Of a DNA stretch of 19,175 nucleotides, positions 14,350 to 19,175 are shown one piece after another. The notes under the pieces were generated by a model. It did not search any database, was not told the DNA's origin, and saw nothing but the letters and a program-made list of their open reading frames with translations. The stretch spans positions 1 to 19,175 of the forward strand of contig JAWCFL010000028.1 of NCBI GenBank assembly GCA_038858525.1, given 5' to 3'. How positions within the stretch are numbered: position 1 is the first letter of the stretch; every line of letters begins with the position of its first letter. This DNA is from Candidatus Jordarchaeales archaeon. Lineage in GTDB: Archaea; Asgardarchaeota; Jordiarchaeia; Jordiarchaeales; Freyrarchaeaceae. The translations under genes and the position numbers were made by a program.

Positions 14350-16776
14350 TTAGATTGCTTCGAGCTGTTCGACCTTTGACCACCCTCCCTCCTTCGTGAC
14401 CATGTATACCGTGTCTGCTGCGTCTTCGAGCTCCCTGTCATGGCTTACCACTATCAGTTGCGGGATTACCCTCGCCTCCTCCCTGAACCCCTTCTTGAGT
14501 ATCTCTATGAGCTCTCTCCTTCTCTCCTCGTCTAGGAAGACTGTTGGTTCATCCATGATCATCATGCTAATCTTGTCCCCCGCTATAACTTTAGCTATAG
14601 CCATCCTTAGGGCTATGGCAAGCGCAACTCTTTCCCCTCCGCTTATAGTGTCCACGCTCTGGCTTCCGGAAGGCCCTACAACAGTCAGCTCGTAGTCCTC
14701 GTCCAACTTGACGTCTGAGTACTCCAAGTTAAACTTGTTAAGGTACTCCTTCGTGTAAGATTCTATTTTTGGCTTAGCTCTGGCTCTTATAAGCTTCTGG
14801 ATGCCATCTTTTCCGTAGGCATCCCTAACTTTCTCAAGAAGCATAATGAATGATTCAAGCCTTTTAACTTCCCCCTCCACTTCTTCAAGCTTCCTAGCCC
14901 TCTCCTCGCGGTTTTTTAACTCCTCTCCTAACCGTTTCTTCTCGCCTTCCAGCCTAGCGAGCTCCCTCCTCTCCTCTTCAAGCCTAGCCTTAACTCGCTC
15001 AGCCTCCCCTTTTACAGCCTCATACTCTCTCTCATCATATCCTAATTCATCCATCTCTTTTTCAACAACTAAAAGCTCCTTTTCAGCCTCCTCTGCCTCC
15101 TTCATTGCAATATTATAAGCTTCCACCAGGATCTCCTCGCTTCCGAGCCCCCTTAGCTGACTTTCAGCCTGCCTATAAGCCTCGTAATCCGCCTCTAATC
15201 TGTCAGCCTCTTTTCGCGCATCCTCTATTTGCTTCTCCAATTCGACCAGTTTTTCAAGCTTAGACCTGGACTCCTCAAGCTCCTCCTCCATCCTCCTTCT
15301 CCTCTTCCTTTTATCCTCCAATTCCTCTCTAAGGCTCTTAATCTTCTCCACGTCAATCTGCTCGATCCCGGTTTTTCTTTTATTTTCCTCCTTAAGCTTC
15401 CTCTCTGCCTCCTTCATCTCTTTCCCAACTCTTTCTTTTTCCTCCTTGAGCTTTGCCTCCTCCTCGAGTAGCTCTTTTATCAGTCTCTCCCTGTGCTCCT
15501 CAGTCAGCTCTCTTCCGCAGAGGGGGCACTTCGCTTTTGCCTCACTAAGCCTCTTAACCTTATCCTTGCTGTCTTCTATCCTACCCTCCAGCTCACCCAT
15601 CCTACCCTCCAGCTCCCTTATCCTATTGGTCAAATCCTCGATTTCTCTTTCAACCCTCCTCTTTTCATTTTCACTAATGGCTGAAACATTCTCCATGTTA
15701 ACCTCTACACCAAGCAAACGTGAGTAATCAGTCATCATCTTGTTTATCTTTCCTTCCAATTCTTTCTCTTCCTTTAAGAACTCCTTAACGTTCTTTTCCT
15801 GTATTCTGACAGCCTCCCTTGCCCCCTCATACTGCCTCCTCTCCTCTCCAAGCCTTTCAGCCTCATTTTTGAGGGCAACATACCTTTCATACCCTTCCTT
15901 TCTCTTCTCTACCTCCCTCTTAAGGCTCTCAAGTTTTCTAAGACTTTCCTCGGTAGCCTTCACTTTCTCCTTTTTTCCTTCAAGCTTAGCCTTTATCTCG
16001 ACACGTTTCACGTTAAGCTCCTCGAACCTCCTCTTTTTCTCCTCTATTACTTTTAGCTTCTCCTCAGCTCTCACAGCTTCCTCCTCAAGCTTTCTGGCTA
16101 ACACTTCCACTTCGCTGATCTTATCTTCCACGTTAGCCAGCTCCACTCTTAGCCTTTCGAGTTCCTCCATAACTCTCTCCTTCTCCTTCAGTTCCCCCCT
16201 TAGCCCCTCAAGCCTCTTCTCATATTCTCCAACTATTTCCCTCATCATGAGCCACGCTTGCTCGAAGTCATCTATTCCCAGGAGCTTTGATACTAGCTTC
16301 TTCCTTTCAGCGGGTTTCTCGGTGACCAGCCTCTCTATTTCGCCCTGCCGGACGTAAACCGAGTTCTCGAACGTTTCCTTCTCAACATCAAGTATCCTTG
16401 CAATCTCTGGAAGCAGCGTCCTGGAGCCAGCCTCCCTTGTGATAGGGCGCTTTCCGCTCTCCGTGATCTCGTATATGACCCCTTTAATGTCGCATCCCTC
16501 CTTTTTTCTCTCGATATTCCACTCGGCGGCGTATCTCCCCCTACCTTGTATTGAAAACTTGAGGCTAACCCTGGCGTGCTTAGCTTTCCTGTTAACCACG
16601 TTTTCATCCTTCCCCCTGGAGTGAAGCTTGAAGAGAGCGAAGCTGACGCCGTCCAGAATGCTGGTCTTACCTGCCCCATTGGGCCCAACTATCAATGTGA
16701 CGCCCAAGTCAAACTTCATCTTAGTTTTCTTATGAGAGACGAAGTTTTCCAGCTCCAGCTCTTCTATTATCACCAC
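14350..16776 (-). CDS. rad50: DNA double-strand-break repair ATPase Rad50, about 808 aa
   Basis: Walker A GPNGAGKTS, Q-loop YVRQGEI, central zinc hook CPLCG, long coiled coils, signature ISGGE, Walker B/D-loop IMDEPTVFLD and H-loop VSHD. The start may be the second GTG (16773), which overlaps the mre11 stop as GTGA. Confidence 0.96.
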   Translation of the reverse strand: MVIIEELELENFVSHKKTKMKFDLGVTLIVGPNGAGKTSILDGVSFALFKLHSRGKDENVVNRKAKHARVSLKFSIQGRGRYAAEWNIERKKEGCDIKGVIYEITESGKRPITREAGSRTLLPEIARILDVEKETFENSVYVRQGEIERLVTEKPAERKKLVSKLLGIDDFEQAWLMMREIVGEYEKRLEGLRGELKEKERVMEELERLRVELANVEDKISEVEVLARKLEEEAVRAEEKLKVIEEKKRRFEELNVKRVEIKAKLEGKKEKVKATEESLRKLESLKREVEKRKEGYERYVALKNEAERLGEERRQYEGAREAVRIQEKNVKEFLKEEKELEGKINKMMTDYSRLLGVEVNMENVSAISENEKRRVEREIEDLTNRIRELEGRMGELEGRIEDSKDKVKRLSEAKAKCPLCGRELTEEHRERLIKELLEEEAKLKEEKERVGKEMKEAERKLKEENKRKTGIEQIDVEKIKSLREELEDKRKRRRRMEEELEESRSKLEKLVELEKQIEDARKEADRLEADYEAYRQAESQLRGLGSEEILVEAYNIAMKEAEEAEKELLVVEKEMDELGYDEREYEAVKGEAERVKARLEEERRELARLEGEKKRLGEELKNREERARKLEEVEGEVKRLESFIMLLEKVRDAYGKDGIQKLIRARAKPKIESYTKEYLNKFNLEYSDVKLDEDYELTVVGPSGSQSVDTISGGERVALAIALRMAIAKVIAGDKISMMIMDEPTVFLDEERRRELIEILKKGFREEARVIPQLIVVSHDRELEDAADTVYMVTKEGGWSKVEQLEAI

Positions 16777-17909
16777 GAGCCCTCCCTGAAAAACTTCTCA
16801 ACAAGCCTCTTGGCTTCATCCATCCCCTCTCTTCCGCCTCTTAAAGCGTTAAACAGCTCCCATGCAAACTCCGCGATGTCTCCCCCCAGAATCTCGCTCA
16901 ACAGCTCTTTGTGGGATATCGTCTTCCAGCTAGATAATTTGAACTCTCTTTCAGCCTCATCCTCGAATTCAGGTCTCCAGTGGAGAACTTTTCCGGAAAA
17001 CACCTTCTCAAGGACTTCTAGAGCCACTCGCCTATCGATGCCTGAACCAGTAACCCTGACGTGAACCACAGGCTTCCTCCCTCCAAGCTCCCTAACAACT
17101 TTTTCCACGTCTTCTTTTAGTTGCTCGTACCTTAACTCGATCTCGAACTGCGGCCTGACATCTAAGTTTACCGGCTGAACTTCGGGTAGATCCCCGCTCA
17201 GGTCTACCAGGTAGAATCCCTTCCCGTTTCTTCTCCACTCATCTATTTCGTCTCTTCTCGTTATCTCTGTTGATCCAGCGTATGCCAGTATGCCTCCCCC
17301 GAGGGTCATCTTTCGCCTGCCGTGAAGATGACCCATAGCGTAGTAGCTGGCCCCCACAGGTATTTCGCCAACCTCAAGCTGAAAATCATAGCTCATGTAA
17401 ATGTTTATCGCCTGATGCATAACCACAACGCTTCTCCAGTACCCCTTACCCTCATCAACTATCCTGGAGAGCTCCTCCAGTAGCACGTCTCGGTGTCTCC
17501 TTGTCATGTTAACTACTCCGCCTATGTACACCTCTCTTCCGTCAGCCTTTATCACGCACCCCTTCCTTCCCCCTCCACCCTCAACACCTAGGAGCGTTAA
17601 CTCCTCCTCGAAAAGCCTGTGAGGCGGCATCCCCCTTCTCTTGGGAAAATCATGATCCCCGAGAACAGCATACACTTTAACCCCCTTCTCCCTCAGCTTT
17701 TTCAGTTGCGCCTTAGCGGTGTATAGGGCCTTCACCGACGGCCTAAAGGAGTCGAACATGTCTCCCGAGTGAACCACAACTCTTACGTGGTCCTCGAGAA
17801 CCTTCTCGGTAAATTCCTCGAAAGCCTTGCTGAAGTCATCTTCTCTCTCATCTAAGTTGTACTGCTTGTAGCCTAGATGCGTGTCGGAAACATGCGCTAT
17901 GAGCACCAT
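16770..17909 (-). CDS. mre11: DNA double-strand-break repair nuclease Mre11, about 379 aa
   Basis: Phosphoesterase motifs HVSDTHLG, SGDMFD, GDHD, MHQ and GHLH, plus YAGS; located between herA and rad50. Start is ATG 17909 or GTG 17906, with GGTGA upstream. Confidence 0.96.
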   Translation of the reverse strand: MVLIAHVSDTHLGYKQYNLDEREDDFSKAFEEFTEKVLEDHVRVVVHSGDMFDSFRPSVKALYTAKAQLKKLREKGVKVYAVLGDHDFPKRRGMPPHRLFEEELTLLGVEGGGGRKGCVIKADGREVYIGGVVNMTRRHRDVLLEELSRIVDEGKGYWRSVVVMHQAINIYMSYDFQLEVGEIPVGASYYAMGHLHGRRKMTLGGGILAYAGSTEITRRDEIDEWRRNGKGFYLVDLSGDLPEVQPVNLDVRPQFEIELRYEQLKEDVEKVVRELGGRKPVVHVRVTGSGIDRRVALEVLEKVFSGKVLHWRPEFEDEAEREFKLSSWKTISHKELLSEILGGDIAEFAWELFNALRGGREGMDEAKRLVEKFFREGSW

Positions 17910-17916
17910 CAATCAC

Positions 17917-19175
17917 CTAACCCATATCAAGCAGTTCGTCTATTTCTCTCCTTCTCTCTTCAACCCTGCTCCCCCTCCTCCACTCTGATACGACGTCAAT
18001 GTCTGATCCGACGAGCTTCCCCCTGTACCTGTCTATCTTTACTAGTGAGGGAACCCTCACCATCATTCCCAGCACTACCGCCTCCCCGGTGTTGAGAGAT
18101 GGAAGCTGGCTGAGAAGCTCGTCGCTAAGCGCCTCGCTTGCCGCTTGGACATGCCTCTGGTCCGAGGGCTCGACGAGCTTAAGTATTATCATGTTGTTGA
18201 CTTGGGAGAGAGCGTTGACGCTTAACGCCTTCGGCCTTTGACTCACAAGGCAGAGCCCAACTCCAAACTTTCTCCCCTCACGCGCCACCCTGCTAATCCA
18301 GTAGCTCGACAACGTATCCTCGCTTGTTGGAGCCAGTATGTGGGCTTCCTCCACCACTGTTAAAACTGGATGCCTGAAACCGCGTCCCCCTCCTTCGATA
18401 ATGAATTTTTTTCTCTCCTCGAGGAGCCTTCTAAGCGTGTGGCTCACCACTACATCAGCGCACTCCTCGTCAACTTGGCCTAGATCCACGACGTTGGCAT
18501 AACCAAGCCTAAACTTGCTTACTATGTCGCCCACACCCGGTCTTATCACCCTCGAGTACTTATCCTCAAACCCCTCAACCTTGTTTAGTATTGGAGCCTT
18601 CTCCTTTCTGTTCTCCTCCCCGCTGCTCAGCTCCTCCTTAAGGAGCTCCAGGAAGTGTGCAGGGTCTTCCCCCCTCCTAATTTTGTCCATGGCGTTCCTA
18701 TAGGCTTCTCTAAATATTCTTTCCTGCACATGGTATTCTGGTCTTATGTTCATCAGCTGCATAAGCTCCCCGACGCTTAGAGTGCATGGGTCGAGTATTG
18801 GCGTCACGGGGTTAACGTTGCCATCACCAAGGTCAGAGTTAACGTACTCGGAGTGCATGTCGAATAGCACTACGGTTCCCCCCATTTTAACGATCCCATC
18901 TGTTATGACTGCAACCGTGTTTGACTTTCCAGCGCCTGTGACGGCGAGTATCGCTAGGTGGCGTGAAACCATGCGGTTCACGTCGATGCATACGGGCACC
19001 TCGTCGTGCGATATCAATGTCCCTATTCTCAGCGTAGAATCTCCCCGTTCCCCAAAAACCCTCCTCAGGGTTTCACTGTCAGCCCTCTTAACTTCAACCC
19101 CTGGTGGGGGCGGAGTACGCGGAATTCGCAGTTCCTCGACGTCGCCGAGCACCTCAACAACCCCCTTAACGTACA
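17917..19175 (-). CDS. herA: Bipolar DNA helicase HerA, 5' end (HAS barrel) cut off by the window edge
   Basis: RHLAILAVTGAGKSN (Walker A), FDMHSEY, VVEEAH (Walker B), AREGRKFG (arginine finger) and SQRP. The frame stays open to the window end (YVKGVVEVLGD...), so 19152 is not the start. Confidence 0.95.
   Translation of the reverse strand, partial: YVKGVVEVLGDVEELRIPRTPPPPGVEVKRADSETLRRVFGERGDSTLRIGTLISHDEVPVCIDVNRMVSRHLAILAVTGAGKSNTVAVITDGIVKMGGTVVLFDMHSEYVNSDLGDGNVNPVTPILDPCTLSVGELMQLMNIRPEYHVQERIFREAYRNAMDKIRRGEDPAHFLELLKEELSSGEENRKEKAPILNKVEGFEDKYSRVIRPGVGDIVSKFRLGYANVVDLGQVDEECADVVVSHTLRRLLEERKKFIIEGGGRGFRHPVLTVVEEAHILAPTSEDTLSSYWISRVAREGRKFGVGLCLVSQRPKALSVNALSQVNNMIILKLVEPSDQRHVQAASEALSDELLSQLPSLNTGEAVVLGMMVRVPSLVKIDRYRGKLVGSDIDVVSEWRRGSRVEERRREIDELLDMG

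Noticed and set aside
14195-14383. 62-aa ORF between rad50 and the HEAT gene as a nurA remnant or small gene
   Set aside because: It overlaps the rad50 3' end, lacks a clear RBS, and shows no NurA-like acidic catalytic motifs.
14396-16688. Several S/L/F-rich plus-strand ORFs, and similar ones over the mutase, HEAT, mre11 and herA genes
   Set aside because: They are antisense shadows of E/K/R-rich coding sequence.
17650-17662. Mre11 GDHD instead of GNHD
   Set aside because: As I recall, Sulfolobales-type Mre11 proteins carry the same variant, so it is a lineage trait and not a defect.
18915-18960. HerA Walker A begins with Ala (LAVTGAGKS)
   Set aside because: This is the usual form in archaeal HerA.
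1-19175. CRISPR arrays, tRNA or rRNA genes
   Set aside because: No regularly spaced repeats and no tRNA T-loop/cloverleaf or rRNA signatures in the intergenic gaps.

Overview
Archaeal chromosomal window. The evidence is GGAGG/GGTGA Shine-Dalgarno sites, TATA/BRE-like promoters, GTG/TTG starts and a herA-mre11-rad50 cluster with a TACK-type Mre11; the exact lineage cannot be fixed from sequence alone. Left to right it holds: (1) a split B12-dependent acyl-CoA mutase whose specificity residues (Phe/Gln) match isobutyryl-CoA mutase rather than methylmalonyl-CoA mutase, preceded by a stand-alone flavin reductase; (2) an orphan trehalose-6-phosphate-phosphatase domain that looks cut from a TPS/TPP fusion and is coupled to a creatininase-family amidohydrolase; (3) GNAT, an unknown 122-aa ORF and an MBL hydrolase; (4) a small defence-like island with an M.MjaV-like m4C methyltransferase, a convergent AT-richer PD-(D/E)xK nuclease-like gene with PD changed to PN, a radical-SAM/HhH putative DNA-modification protein 44 bp upstream of it, and a frameshifted MNT-HEPN toxin-antitoxin pair that the ORF track misses; (5) a CCG/4Fe-4S oxidoreductase, a ~600-bp AT-rich intergenic region with hairpins, and a DHDPS-family aldolase that is probably not DapA; (6) a 10-repeat HEAT protein directly after rad50, then mre11 and a 5'-truncated herA. 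A GAAC(A)-N4-(T/A)GTTC palindrome recurs in three separate upstream regions. I found no tRNA, rRNA, CRISPR array, transposase or integrase. Family assignments come from motif recognition and recall, not from database searches.
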